The notes: generated by a model from the sequence alone, not told the origin. Positions 13,163-25,523 are shown, numbered from the whole stretch's first letter. The stretch: DNA of 59,123 nt, filler included, from Sphacelaria rigidula (GCA_964200075.2; 9 parts of 9 records of this genome joined end to end with filler, not necessarily neighbours in it); one strand, 5' to 3'. A program made the numbers and translations.

Positions 13163-14886
13163 TGATTTGGTAAACTTGACGAGTTATGGTTGGAGATGCA
13201 AATTCGGGATGTACTGCTGGCCTAGCTCGTATCACCTTCGTTAGTCAGCAAAGGTGTGGCGGGGGTATCCATCGCCCCAGCACTGCCGACCCTGATGACA
13301 ATAATGACAGCTGAATGAGATTTATGAGGGGCGAAAAAGGTGCACCTCCCTAGATTAATCATGATGACATACTGGTGCACGCTGCTGGATAACATTTACC
13401 CCGTCCATAACTTTCGCCAAGCGCCCACGTCCTTCTATAATAGCGGCATTTTACAAGCACGCCTTATCAAGCCCTCCTGGACTCAGAACAAGGTCACAAG
13501 ATTGCTCCAAGGGCTTCCTCCCTCACTAGGGCCTGGAGACTTCAAGACAGTTGTTATTCATGAACACACAGCCTTCGTTATCGGAAGTAACCACATGCGT
13601 GGAGCATGTGATGTTCAAATCCACATAGTCTGCCGATCAGACCCGCAAGTCCGGCAACCAATAGAAAACGCCTACAGCGAATTGTTCCACTTGTAGATCA
13701 TCATGAACCTGCACGTACGTGTACTGGAGGTGGACTACTCTACAGCCTGCAAAAGACACTCTCCGGAAACTCGCGGAACTGACAGTGCACAAAGCAAAAT
13801 CCCACGGCGTACCACTGGTTTCAACTTCTTCGATCGCCGGACCTCGTTTCGGTACAACATTTCGGGCAACACTCCCTCAAGATATGTGCGTACCGGGTGA
13901 CAGGATCTATAGGTGGGAACAACGTGCACTACGACGGTATTGTACCGTCTGCATACAATAGGATGTGAATGGCAGGTTACATATAGTAGTGCAGCGGTCC
14001 GCCGACAGCAGATAATGGCACAAAGTCAGTGAAGCATTCGGCGGTGCGAAGGAGATGATGCGTGATGTCGACCCCACAACCGCTGGCCGGAGGCCCTTGC
14101 TTGCCTGTGTTCCACTCGCGCGATGTGTTGTGCGACGAAGCGCCGACCGTGAACCATTTAGGGTCTCTTCGAGAATGCAGGCCACGGCACCGCGCGGTGT
14201 TCTCCGTCATCGCTCTCATTCACTCGAAGTTGCAGACGGATTGTCGTAAAGCATTCGCACACAAGCGCGCGGCTACTCTGTGTCATCAGCCAGAGGAGGC
14301 TGGGCATATGTGACACTGATTGAACGTGCGTTACGAATCTGTGCTCGAGCCATGCTTCACAACCACAGTGGGTGAAAATGCCGTATTCAAACAGGGGGTA
14401 TAGCTGTCTGTCCATTTGATTTCATCTTGTCTTCAGTATACTTCCATATCATCTGCTTCATCCCGATAACACCCTATTGGCAGAAATCCAGAGTACCGAG
14501 CCCCTCACTCGCGTAATATGGCGTTTTCAACATCAGCAAAGCCGTAGTTTATCGCCCTAGTGTCAGGTATTCTTCTGGGGTTCATCTGAGGGCTCTAGCG
14601 TCAAAAAAGTAAAACTTTCCGAAAAGGGGCCGTGCACCATTCCAGGAGGGCTGAAAGTGAGCAGAGTGGATTTGAAAAAAAAAAAAATTGATGTAATATT
14701 TGCTTGAAATCGAACAAACGATATACTGACGGCACGGTAACCCTCAAGCACGCGCGGGTAGTCCTGTAAGACTACCTGTACAAACAGCTGGTGCAGCATG
14801 CGTCATCCCTCGGCAGTCGCAGCAACATATATGCGCTCTCGCTTGATGCAAACGCCAAACGTGCGTGTGTAGTATTCATGTGAAGA

Positions 14887-15255
14887 TCAACTGTTTCCTA
14901 CTGCATCACACCACGCCTGGCGTGGCAAACCATCAGCTATCGTTGCTGGCGTACCGAAAGCTGCCTGTGGCGCAATCCCAATAACTTGATCGAAATATGT
15001 GGCCCCGACTACGTCTAGAAACCCATGAGAGATCTCACCGGCAATCATGGCTTCCCTCGTCGATGCTATTCGATGCCGCCACCCACCATCACCGCGCTGG
15101 GGCATCGGACTACGTGCGCTCGAAGATCGTCGAACTGCGCGGCGTGTCTGCTGACTTCGTACTTGTGGGTTGATCAAGAAGGCTGTGATACTTGTGGGAA
15201 AGCCCAGCATCAACAGTAATGACACCGGAACCAGACACGCATACATTCGACCCAT
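14887..15255 (-). CDS. Probable first exon of an unknown protein with a bipartite plastid-targeting leader (3' exon boundary uncertain)
   Basis: ATG at 15255: MGRMYACLVPVSLLLMLGFPTSITA|FLINPQVRSQQTRRAVRRSSSARS = signal peptide, A-F cleavage site and R/S-rich transit peptide. Confidence 0.55.
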   Translation of the reverse strand: MGRMYACLVPVSLLLMLGFPTSITAFLINPQVRSQQTRRAVRRSSSARSPMPQRGDGGWRHRIASTREAMIAGEISHGFLDVVGATYFDQVIGIAPQAAFGTPATIADGLPRQAWCDAVGNS

Positions 15256-15865
15256 GTTGAGCGATCCACTTCTCTCTTTTTTTCGCCGCTCTGTTCGATT
15301 TCGGGTCAGGACAGTGTGATACACTCCATATCCCCCCAGACAGTCATAGATGTAAGGTTAATAGTTTTCGTATTTTTCTTCTCAACATATTAAGGTTCTC
15401 TTGAGTACCCATTGGTCATATACTCGGATGTACGATCCTTTCCTGAATCTCTATGCATGTTTCTATGGCAAATCTCTTCGCCCTACTGAAGCCCCTATGC
15501 ATGAAATAAAGTACGACAATGATGTACTTGAGCTAGATGTTCCCAAATCATTCAGCATGCTCTACAGTAGCGATATAAAACGCTGTATTTTGGGCGGAGG
15601 TGAGATGTGTTTGCTACGAGTATATTGTCATTATTATTTTCAAGATCACGAAAAAATGAAAAGATTGAAAAAATTACCTTCTCCTAAAAATTCAAATAAA
15701 AGGAATATAAACCAATTTCAAATACAGAGGAATCTAGCCGCACACCGACAGACTTCGCACCGAAACGCGAACGGCAGTCTCCAACATTATAACATTATAC
15801 AACTCCATCGCGGAAGGCAGGCCATCAGCGATCGCACAGCGTGGTCCGCTTCGCAACAACAACCA

Positions 15866-16683
15866 ATGTCTCAAACAAATCACAGACGATGTAATCGTGG
15901 CAATACCACCACCAACAAGCGTGTTGCCTCCACCCCAGTGTCGTCGACAATAAGCAGGACCACGTATCTGTTGCCTCCGTTCCTTCTGCTCAGCTTTCTG
16001 GGAGTCTCCCATGCATCGGAGCTCCTAGATCGCAGCGCGCCGGCCTTTGTCGCTGCTGCTGCTGCCGCCACTGCTACTGCTACTGCGGCCACCACTACCA
16101 CGGCTCCCAGTATAGTAGGACACAATAGTGCCCCTTCTGCGGCCGCCGCAGCCACCGCCGCCGCCACCGCTGTAGGTAGCACTCACGGTAGTCGGCGACC
16201 ATTTCACTTGAGCGCTAGTACCAAACCGCAGCTGTCACTCCCAGCGGTTGACGAACAAAGCCATGAGGCTGCATGCGTACCGCCACCGACTACAACCACA
16301 GCAGCCGGCGGGAACAAGAAGGATGGGGATAACAGCAGCATCATAACTGCATTTAAGAAGGACTTCACGCAACCGATGGGCATCCCGGAGGAAGGGATAG
16401 AAGCCGCAGTAGCGGTCATGCGCACCGGTCGGCTGTTCCGATATAGCTGCGCAAACGCCGAGACCTCTCAGGTGGCACAGGCCGAACGGGAGTTTGCGGA
16501 ATCCGTCGGCGCACGCTTTGCGGTAGGCGTGAACTCGTGCTCGTCAGCTATTTTGGTCGCTTTGCTGGGTGTTGGCGTGAGACCTGGCGATGAGGTCTTG
16601 ACTAATGCTTTCACGTTTACCGCGGTGCCGTGCGCGGTGCTGCGGCTGGGCGCGGAGCCCGTGCTGGTTGAGTGCAGCGCCAG
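15866..16683 (+). CDS. Exon 1 of a DegT/DnrJ/EryC1/StrS-family PLP-dependent aminotransferase, probably plastid-targeted
   Basis: Motifs AAVAVMRTGRLFRY, EREFAESVGARFAVGVNSCSSAILVAL, GVRPGDEVLTNAFTFTAVPCAV, GAEPVLVE; hydrophobic leader LLPPFLLLSFLGVSHA followed by APAFV; donor CAG|GTACGT at 16683/16684; start ATG chosen by inference. Confidence 0.85.
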
Positions 16684-19219
16684 GTACGTGGAAGAGTCGG
16701 TGCTCAAAAAGCTGTATGATAAAATCGTGCATATAGCTTTCATACAGTACAGATGTCAACTTTCTGTGCATGTGTCGTAGTCATGCAGGTCGAATGTTCT
16801 TATTCTTGCATGGCGACGACCACGCCGCGGTTACATCTATTTCTAAGGTACGTGTCAATCACGTACGTTGTGTTTATTCTGCGACCGACCGGCCGGATTG
16901 GCCGTTTTTCTTGTGACGCCTCAGAATGTTTTGGCTGGACACTGCTGCTGCATGTAGAGACAGGTGTAAAAAAAGTAGTTGCTTGCCATCGCACCGATGT
17001 ATGCGCGAAACGTTGAGGCAATCCTTAGCACGCAGAGGGCAACCGGTGGAAGTTTCAGGTTTCAAATTTTAAATTGCTGGGTCGACGTACATTCAAATTC
17101 CCAATGTGAAAGAAGCAAGCCGAGGCAGTGTGTAGCGGGCCTGGTGTACTGCGCCACACCCCTCTGCGGTCGTCTAGGCAATAGCCGTTGTACCGTATGG
17201 TGGTTCTTTGCGGTGTATGCGCCGAATGCGGAAAGTTGCGAGGGGCCGTCATTTCTCACCAATTATCACAATACATTTTCACCGTGGAAACGCCGTGGGT
17301 GGACCGGACGAAAAAAATAGTAAATCCGAAATTTGAAAAAAAAAGTTCAGTTCATTTTGACTAGCTTTGCTCTTGAGCACCCACCACACCTAACCATGTC
17401 GACGGAGATTCGTTGGTGCTCGTTCCCCCAAATATCATCTTGCAGATAGTATTGTTTCAAGTCAACGATACACCCACGCGACTTTGTGCGGCTCAACAGG
17501 GCAGTCAGTCGGTGTGCAATACGCTATTATGGTGGATACCCGTAACGCTCGAAAGACGCTCTTGCAAACATCATACATATATGCTCTTCCTTTTGTAAGT
17601 GCTTTGTATATGCGTGCATAGTCAGATTATTGGTACAAAAGTAATATAAGGTAGTTTGAGCGCCGAGCCCTCGCACCAGTAGCATGCGACATACACCCGA
17701 GGGCACAGAGCCCGCGCGCGGCTTGTGTGATGCGTGTCGCGAATGAAATCCGACGCATCTCCAAATTTCTTGCGTGCGTGTGCAAGATCAATCGGAAATC
17801 GAAACACCACGCAAGATACTGTAGAGTGAGAGTTTGGTCCAACGTCTCCCCAAATCCATGGTTGAAACATTTTTGGCTTCAGTGCGGAAAGTCGTGGTGG
17901 TATTCGGGTCTTTTCCGGGTCTTACATTTCCGTGTTGTCACCCGCTACGTGTCGACTGGGGGGCCTGCCCACTCCACTCCCCTTGTCCGAAGGCTGACCG
18001 CTTGCCTCGGGCTGGGATGTGTAGTGGGGCTTAAGAAAGAGAAGATCATGTCGAAGATGGTGTTTGGCAGTTGGAGTTGGGCAAGCGGGGTTCAGCCCGC
18101 CTTAACGCGTTTCGTCTGTGACAAAAGGACGCAACAGCAGTGGATCACACGTCAGTCTGCCAAATGCCACCCAATCACCCGCACGCAGTTCCACTGCCAA
18201 CAACGTTGTACCTGTCGTTTCGTGTAGTCTCTCGGCAGGACAGCACTATGATGTCTTCATGTCGAGACATACCCTTACATACCCTTACATAGAAGCCAGC
18301 GGCTGCACCGTCAGGTCGGCACCGCATGCCGGGAATCACGTGGGCTACATGGTACATACTGAATAATCATTTGTTCTCGCTCGACTGTACTTCTCGCTTC
18401 GGCGCGAGGGAGCTTCCTGCGTCTCTCAAAAATGGCGTGAAGGGTCTACCTTGTTGTGATGCATTTCGAGCTCGAGCCTGATCGCCAGAGTGAGCAATCT
18501 GCTTAATCGGCAGGCATCATGAAAAGTGAAGGATCGGAGGGTAAAGGGATCTGAGGTTTGTAGGCCGGGACGAATCGTTATATCAGGTGCATCTGTTTAT
18601 TAGCGACCAGATCGTAATACGAATCAGATTATGGCCACTTATGATGTATGTGGTTATTGTGGTTGCTGGAGGAAAAGAAAGAGACAGTCGTTCTAATAAT
18701 TGTTTAGATGGAACCTGCGGCAATAGTGCCGTATCGCTCAGTGTTCTCGGCCAAGCAGCGCTAGCAGCGCCTTTGTTTGCCACGTTCACCCACCGTGACG
18801 ATTCAAGGGTTCACGACCGCCGATGGGCAGCTGAATCTGGTCCATATATTTTATTTTTCACCGGAAAATGATGCCAATTTTGACGGATGAGATAAACCTC
18901 CAGTACAAGGATCGAGACCCTAAAGTACACGCCCTCCGGGCCAGAAATTAACAACTGCCTCCCTCTCCACGAACTCCCGCGGGACTGTCAACCTACGAGA
19001 TTGTTCGGAAAAGGCGATGCGGTGAGGGGATGGACCGTTTGATCCTTTGACAGCCCAAGTGCGTCGATCTCTTGGTTGAACTGGCATCATGTTCACTTCT
19101 GAGAATGACGTGACGCAGACTCGGGGGCTGCCTTCAAGACAAACATGATTAGACGAGTTTCTTAGAGGCGACCTGAGGATTTGTTCGTAAACAATGGTTG
19201 GTACTATGGAGATGCAGGC

Positions 19220-19254
19220 AACCCTAACCCTAACCCTAACCCTAACCCTAACCC
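19220..19254. repeat. Interstitial telomere-like (AACCCT)5
   Basis: aaccctaaccctaaccctaaccctaaccctaaccc. Confidence 0.9.
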
Positions 19255-19643
19255 CGATCAAGGCATACCTAGAACCCTCGGGCAGAGGGGTGCAGAGTGC
19301 TCGCCAGGCAAAGTGTGCATTGCTCGAGCTCAAATCGACGCCTTTCAGCCGATTTTGGACCAAAACACGTTCTGGACGAGCTGGGTCCACTGCTCACCTG
19401 CCCCAGACCATGAATTTTCTCAGAACTTTGTTCAGTCTAAAGTCAAGTAAATTCGAGTACCAACCATTGTTCACGTACAAATCCTCAGCTCTACTGGTTT
19501 CTTATGGGGATAAATCCCGGATTGCAGAGACCCCAATCTGAGCAAAATACGGGTCACTCATATTTACGAAAGTTGGATTTGCGGGGACCCCGTTATGATT
19601 TCACAGGTTTGTTTAACCCTTAGACCGCGAGGTTAGTCTTCTG

Positions 19644-19743
19644 NNNNNNNNNNNNNNNNNNNNNNNNNNNNNNNNNNNNNNNNNNNNTTAATTAATTAAN
19701 NNNNNNNNNNNNNNNNNNNNNNNNNNNNNNNNNNNNNNNNNNN
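19644..19743. other. Artificial contig linker 3
   Basis: 44N-TTAATTAATTAA-44N. Confidence 0.98.
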
Positions 19744-19813
19744 TTTAATCCTCCGGGTTCTCATCCTCAATCAAAAGCACCATCCTCAACATAGATGATT
19801 GGCTGTTTACATG
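19744..19813. mobile_element. Terminal fragment of foldback family A (cut by contig start)
   Basis: aatcctccgggttctcatcctcaat...ggctgtttacatg matches the right arm of 3135-3590 and 53350-53414. Confidence 0.75.
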
Positions 19814-20994
19814 AGCACACTGGTCGCCCACGAGATCAGGTTCTTGGCTGCGGAGAATCCAAACGCAGTATTGACAGGTTCATTTTGTCAATGAGGACTC
19901 TTAACAACTCGAGTTCCATCTGCGATTACTCCACCTGCCTAAGGATACCTGTCCTCAAGTGACAACTGGCGGCAGCAGTGCCCTGATTGCGTTCAACCCT
20001 TCGGTCTAAGATACACATAGGCAGTGGAGACGATTCATGATGACTGTTGCGCCACGCGCATGTCGTGCCGGTGTTTTTGGCTTCGCACCGATGCCAATAT
20101 TTCTTCACTTTTTGCGCAAGCGGCAGTCCCGGGTTTGCGCTAGGTGGATATATTTTATGTTGGTAAATAAGTAATCGGTTTCACTTTTCACAGTATTGCG
20201 GATGAATTGAGCTGGGGGGCATACTGGGGGCTCGAAAGTGTGACCCTTTTGCTACGAGGTGTCCTGTACAGAGGTTACCTACCCCCAGGGGGCAGGGCGT
20301 GCAGCGAATTCTAACTTTCCCGTGTTGCGGGGTCAGCTACAGCGATGCTTGGGGCAGAGGGAACAAATACATCACTCAGAGCTGAGTGGCCATGTAGTGG
20401 TCAACGAGTATGGGTCTCTCTGGTCAAGCTACTTTTTTACCCTGTGTAGTCAGGGAAAAGAGCGAAAGCAAGCGATCTGATTATTCACTCCTGATCATGG
20501 AGCTGAAACCAGCTAAAAACTCTCAAGTTGTCACTCAACATTACATGCTAGACTAAACACCCGCCCCCTTTAGGTAAATCGGTTCACCGTTTGCTTAGTC
20601 CATTTTGCCGATGATGACAGCTTCAGTCGCCTGACTTTTTTCGTGGACACTTCTCACACATTTTTTGTCAGACCGCGGTTTGAAACATGACAGCACCTCT
20701 CATGACAGTACCTGTTTCGACTCCCAACTTGCCGCTGCCCAAACGTTATGCCCAAGACAAATATAGGGGAGAATCATCTACAACAATGTAAAGCGTATTC
20801 CTGAAATTCAATCAAATGGGCCGAATTCCCGAAAAAGTAACAAACTACGATGATAAGTGAAAAGACCTATAAAAGGTACAACATTCATTTCTCTCTTCAA
20901 GCTTCCAGGCTCCAACTCTCGAACCTTGACCGACAAACCCCCAGTGATGCTTCGACAAATCCCAATCAATCACTACGACAGGGTAGGGATACTT

Positions 20995-21317
20995 GTTTTT
21001 CTCCGTCACACTTCCAACACCTTCTCTTCCTCGGGACGAGTCCGTGGTTTCAAGGAATCAACCCATGTATCTCTCCCCGGTACCCACCTTGCATTTTGGT
21101 CTCGCGGATTGGATCATGACCAGCACTCCCGCACCGCATCAACTCTCATCAAACAAACTCAGGCAAAGCTTTGTGCCTACTTACATCCTCACGCTTTCAA
21201 TATCGGAAATCAGACACTTCGAAGCAAAACAAAAAAACGCATTTGGCCGGAATAGAACCCACGTTCTCTTCACCCCAATGGTGTCGGCTGGAACGTTTCA
21301 CCTTGTACCACCGGGGC
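20995..21317 (-). mobile_element. tRNA-derived SINE (family S)
   Basis: minus strand begins gccccggtggtacaaggt (A-box-like) then gggttctattcc (degenerate B-box); collinear with 33143-33444. Confidence 0.7.
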
Positions 21318-21855
21318 GCGGCGGCACCACCTGCACAGCATGAAATGATTCACCCCATAAAAACAGCTTAGCGAATACATACATGCACGCACGTGACTTA
21401 CGTCTCACAATCGGCCAGGGGTTATCCAGCACTACAGTAATTTTCATACATGTAATCCAACATCCATATGTTCATGAAAAAAACAGCTTTTCTGATTCCT
21501 AAATGTGTCATATGAGTCATCTGAGTTCACCTACGGGGAGGTCGCAGCCTAAGGGTTACACCACGAAATTTCGCCGACCTGAAGCAGAAAAATCCGCAGC
21601 CCCGCTCTTTACAGAATCTATGAACAGTTTCGCTTGTTAGAACCGACCCTACAAATACTTCCGTCACAGTACCCGCGAAATACATCCCCCAGTGACGAAA
21701 CAAGAGAATGCTTGTTGCGTGCGGCGATCCCCCCACTAGGGTACACAAATATCCCGGAGTGGTACAAGTCAAATCCGAAGAGCCCCAACGAGCTACTTAT
21801 CATCGACATCCATTCGCTGTAACGCGAGTGACGTTCCTATTCTTGTCGCTCCTTA

Positions 21856-22974
21856 TTATTCATCACCACAGTCTTCCTCTTCCTCTTCCTCTTCCTCTTC
21901 CGCTTCCTCCTCTTCCGCTTCCTCCTCCTCCTCTCCCTCTTCCTCCTCTACCTCGTCTTCCTCCTCTACCTCCTCCTCTTCCTCTTCCTCTTCCTCTTCT
22001 ACCTCGCCTTCCTCTTCCCCCGGCACTTCCCCTTCCTCCACCAACTCCTCTCCCTCTCCATCTTGATCCTCGAATTCCTCCCCCTTCTCTACTCCTCGGA
22101 CAGCACCATCCTCACCTCTCCCCTGGCCGAGGACTCCCGTCTGACTCAAATTAGTCTCATCTTCTCCATCCCCGGCTACGGCATTACTTCCAGCGTTTTC
22201 GCACACAGCACTGCCACCCTCCTCAACTTCCGGCTCCGAATCATCATCTTCACAGTACGGGGGCGGCGCTGAAAGGTCATGGATCTCCCCACGTTCGCTA
22301 GTCTCGTACTGCTGCCTCTCCCCGACCTCGCCCTCTCCATCTCCATCTTCCACCTGCTCCACGTAAACGTTGACCTCTACGTCGGGCTCTGATCCTGAGC
22401 CTTCATCATCGCTGTCGCTGTCGCAGTACGGGGGAGGCGTCGGTTCCTTGGGGCTGTCCGCGCCACTATCCCCGCCGCTTCCCAGGTCGAGGTCCAAGTT
22501 AATCTCGATCCCGACGCCGCCGCTGTCATCGTTGTCATCGTTGCCCGATCCACGCGGGCCACTTCCATTCGGCGGCGCTCTTCTAGCCGGCGGTGGTCCT
22601 GGGTCGTCACTCGAGCTGTCGGAGTCGGCACCCCCGTTTATTGTTATCTTCACGTAAGGCGGTGGACCTTCATCGTCACTGCTGGAGCTGCTGTCGGAGT
22701 CGGCCCCGTCATGGACTGCTGTCTGGGTCGGTTTGACGCCGTTGCCGGTAGTCCCACCAGCAACGCCGCCTGGCTCGGCGTACGTCTTATTCGGTCTTGC
22801 CGTAGTCGTAGTCGGTTTCTTGGTCACCGGTTTCTTGGTCGCCGGCTTCTTCTCTTTTTTTTTCTCCTTGTCGCTGGTGTTGGGAGGGGGGAGGGGGTAG
22901 GCCGTAGCGCAATGCAGTGCGTCGTTGTAAGCAGGAGGTGGGGGAGGGGGGTAGGGGGGGGGGGGGGGGTTCAA
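21856..22974 (-). CDS. Large terminal exon of a Pro/Ser/Asp/Glu-rich disordered protein with repeated PPxY motifs and a poly-Glu tail
   Basis: 372-codon open frame; PPPY/PPAY five times; candidate upstream mini-exon ATGGCCAAAATGAACTTCATGGGGCTTGG|GTGAGA (23285-23257); exon joining unresolved, with a 16-G run at 22954-22969. Confidence 0.65.
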   Translation of the reverse strand: MNPPPPPYPPPPPPAYNDALHCATAYPLPPPNTSDKEKKKEKKPATKKPVTKKPTTTTARPNKTYAEPGGVAGGTTGNGVKPTQTAVHDGADSDSSSSSDDEGPPPYVKITINGGADSDSSSDDPGPPPARRAPPNGSGPRGSGNDDNDDSGGVGIEINLDLDLGSGGDSGADSPKEPTPPPYCDSDSDDEGSGSEPDVEVNVYVEQVEDGDGEGEVGERQQYETSERGEIHDLSAPPPYCEDDDSEPEVEEGGSAVCENAGSNAVAGDGEDETNLSQTGVLGQGRGEDGAVRGVEKGEEFEDQDGEGEELVEEGEVPGEEEGEVEEEEEEEEEEVEEEDEVEEEEGEEEEEAEEEEAEEEEEEEEEDCGDE

Positions 22975-25088
22975 TCAGAACTCGTCGACGGGATGCGCTT
23001 GGAAGAAGACTCTTGTACTGTACGTGTAGCCACTACATCTAGAGACATCGGGCAGAAATATGTCGCTTCAAAGGGCCCGGTTCCGCCTTGCATGCATGTG
23101 AATGCATGGACCAATACACTGGACTCGTAGCTCATGCTTGACGCGCGAGTCAACATAACAAGCCCTGATGTGCATTTGATCCCGTGGCCAAACGCTGGGT
23201 AGGGATAGAGAACACCCCCCCCCGAGGACATCCCTCCGACCGTCGCCAGTCTCACCCAAGCCCCATGAAGTTCATTTTGGCCATAATCCCCTCTCCGTCG
23301 CTACTGGAGCTGCTGCTGCTGCTGCTGGACGAGCTCTGTCGGTCTACGGGCACGCCAAAACGTGCACAAGCGGATAGAAGAGAACGAAAAGGAAAAAACG
23401 CATGAGAACGAGAGGATTTAGCAGCGGGAAAGGAGCAGAGAAATCTGGCGAATCGCAGTCTCTATCGGTAGGCAGATATACCGCTCAACTGTGAGTAGCG
23501 AAAGAAACATCAAAAGTTCTCACTGTCCCTCTGGGTTGGCCATAAAATAAAATAAAGCGATAACTCGGCGTAAATGGAGGTACATAGAGTCACCATTCGA
23601 TAGGGGAGCCAGGTTGTCCGTGCAACCGAGTAGAAAAACACCTCTTGCTTCACCTGCTGACAATTCTGCTTCTCGTGCGGTCTCAACCGGTGGTAAAACT
23701 GAATGTTTCTTCTTATATATATATATATATACTTCCTCTGTCCCACAAGTAAAGTCCGTGATAATCACACGGACCCTTAACCGTGTCCAATGCCGTAGGC
23801 AATACATTTTTTTAATCTTCAGAGATTTTTTTTCGTTAAATCAAGTCTTGTTTTTTCCCGTTTGCGCAGGCAGCAGCCAGCGTGCGCGAACGACCGATAA
23901 ACGATCAGTCGGCCCAAAAATTGTCATATTTCGCCCCTTTTCCAAAACACAGAGAAAAACCCTGGAAACCCGAAAAACGGCAAAAGTCGAGAAAAAAACA
24001 TAACTGGTTCTTTTTCTCCGGTTCATCGCTGGCATACGATAGCTACGCCTAGTCCGAAACTACTCGTTTACAGTGCAGCCTTCAATTACTTCAAAATAAG
24101 CCAAATTCGTCGAAACTCGGCCGGTAATGTACAGATTGGCGAAATTTGGTCGAAATTTGGCCATGTTTGACCCAACGATTATAAGGTTGTATAGGTCGAT
24201 TACTTTGGTTTTGTTTTTTCCAGTGGCCATATCCACGACTTTAGATTTTCAACGAACCTAACCATAACATCGTGAGCACCTCCGTTGGCGAGGTACCACC
24301 TATCCCCCATAACGGACTTTACTTATGGGACATAGGTAGTATCTCCTCGAATACGTACAGTACAGTTGTCACTCACGGCAAAATAGCAGGTGCGCATGTG
24401 TTGACTTCCAAGCCCTTTGACCGCCAGGGTGAGTCATTTGTCGAGTCAGTATTACTCTCACTTAAAAAAATGAACGTACGGACTCAGCGATCGTTCACTC
24501 GGAGGTTTGAGAGCTAGGGCCTGACATTTCGCGGAGAGAACATCGATCATTCGAGGGCCATCATTAGGAGTGTTTTCACTCTCTTCTGCGATAAAAGCCG
24601 ATTTTCATTTCGGAAATTCACTGAAATGGAACGAACCCCAAAATCAAAGATTCTCTATATTTCCCCGATGTTGTGGTGATAAATTTTTGAACGGTGACGA
24701 GCTGGGACCCGAAACAGGTATCTGTGTTCCCGCCCTGATGTTAGCTGCAAGTCCATCAATTTTTCAGGACAAATATTCTCCCCGCTAGCCGGCGAAAACG
24801 GTTACCTCTACAAACCTCTTCTCGTCGAAGAACGTAAAAGCAGGTTCTCAAAGTATGTGTGTATGTGTGTGTGAGGGAGTAGTCACTTGTTGTTTGCCTC
24901 AGTAGTTTGATCATCGACCACGCATCACTTTCGTGACGGCGCGAAGGAGGGGGAGAGGGAGGTGATGCGGATACCACCACATACAAGACGGGAAATGTTC
25001 CCATAAGCGTCTGCCAAGGAATCAAATTTTCACATGAAGGCCCGTGTGAGTCTATATATATATATATATATTATATATATATATATAC

Positions 25089-25523
25089 ATGACACTTTCT
25101 ACGAACCCTCCCCCCTCCCCAAAAAGTTTTGGGAGGCAAAATCTTCACGTGAATCGAAATGGAAAGAGCCGAGCACAACGAGAAGCTGGGAAATCCCACG
25201 CTTGGGTTTGTTCTCGCGAATGTCGCCCATATGAGGCGTATCATGCAGCCTGAACCCACACATCAGGCGCTGTGTGACCAGTCAATTCGTGACACTTTTG
25301 GGCTAGCTTTTTTTTTTTTTTTTTTGGGGGGGGGCCACCGTAACAAGCGCCCTACATGGGGCGAGCCAGCCCCGGCCTGCCCCCCCTTCCCCNNNNNNNN
25401 NNGGGGTGGTGAGGGGAGTGCGGTCGCGCGCTTCGGGGGTTTTGGGGTTTGTCATTGCGTGTCTCTTTGGGGCTGGTTTTTTTTTTTTTTTTTTGGGGGG
25501 GGGGCTATCGTAAAAAGTGTCAT
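25089..25523. mobile_element. MITE family B, copy 1 (with an internal 10-N gap and apparent partial duplication), next to a (TA)n tract
   Basis: TIRs atgacactttctacga / tcgtaaaaagtgtcat; body collinear with 46521-46768. Confidence 0.75.

Noticed and set aside
15401..15865. N-terminal 155 codons of the 459-aa ORF
   Set aside because: Starts at TTG, is AT-rich and promoter-like, and overlaps the intergenic region; the ORF tail after 16683 is likely intron.
21708..22657. Pro/Leu-rich plus-strand ORFs
   Set aside because: Antisense shadows of the Glu-rich minus-strand ORF.
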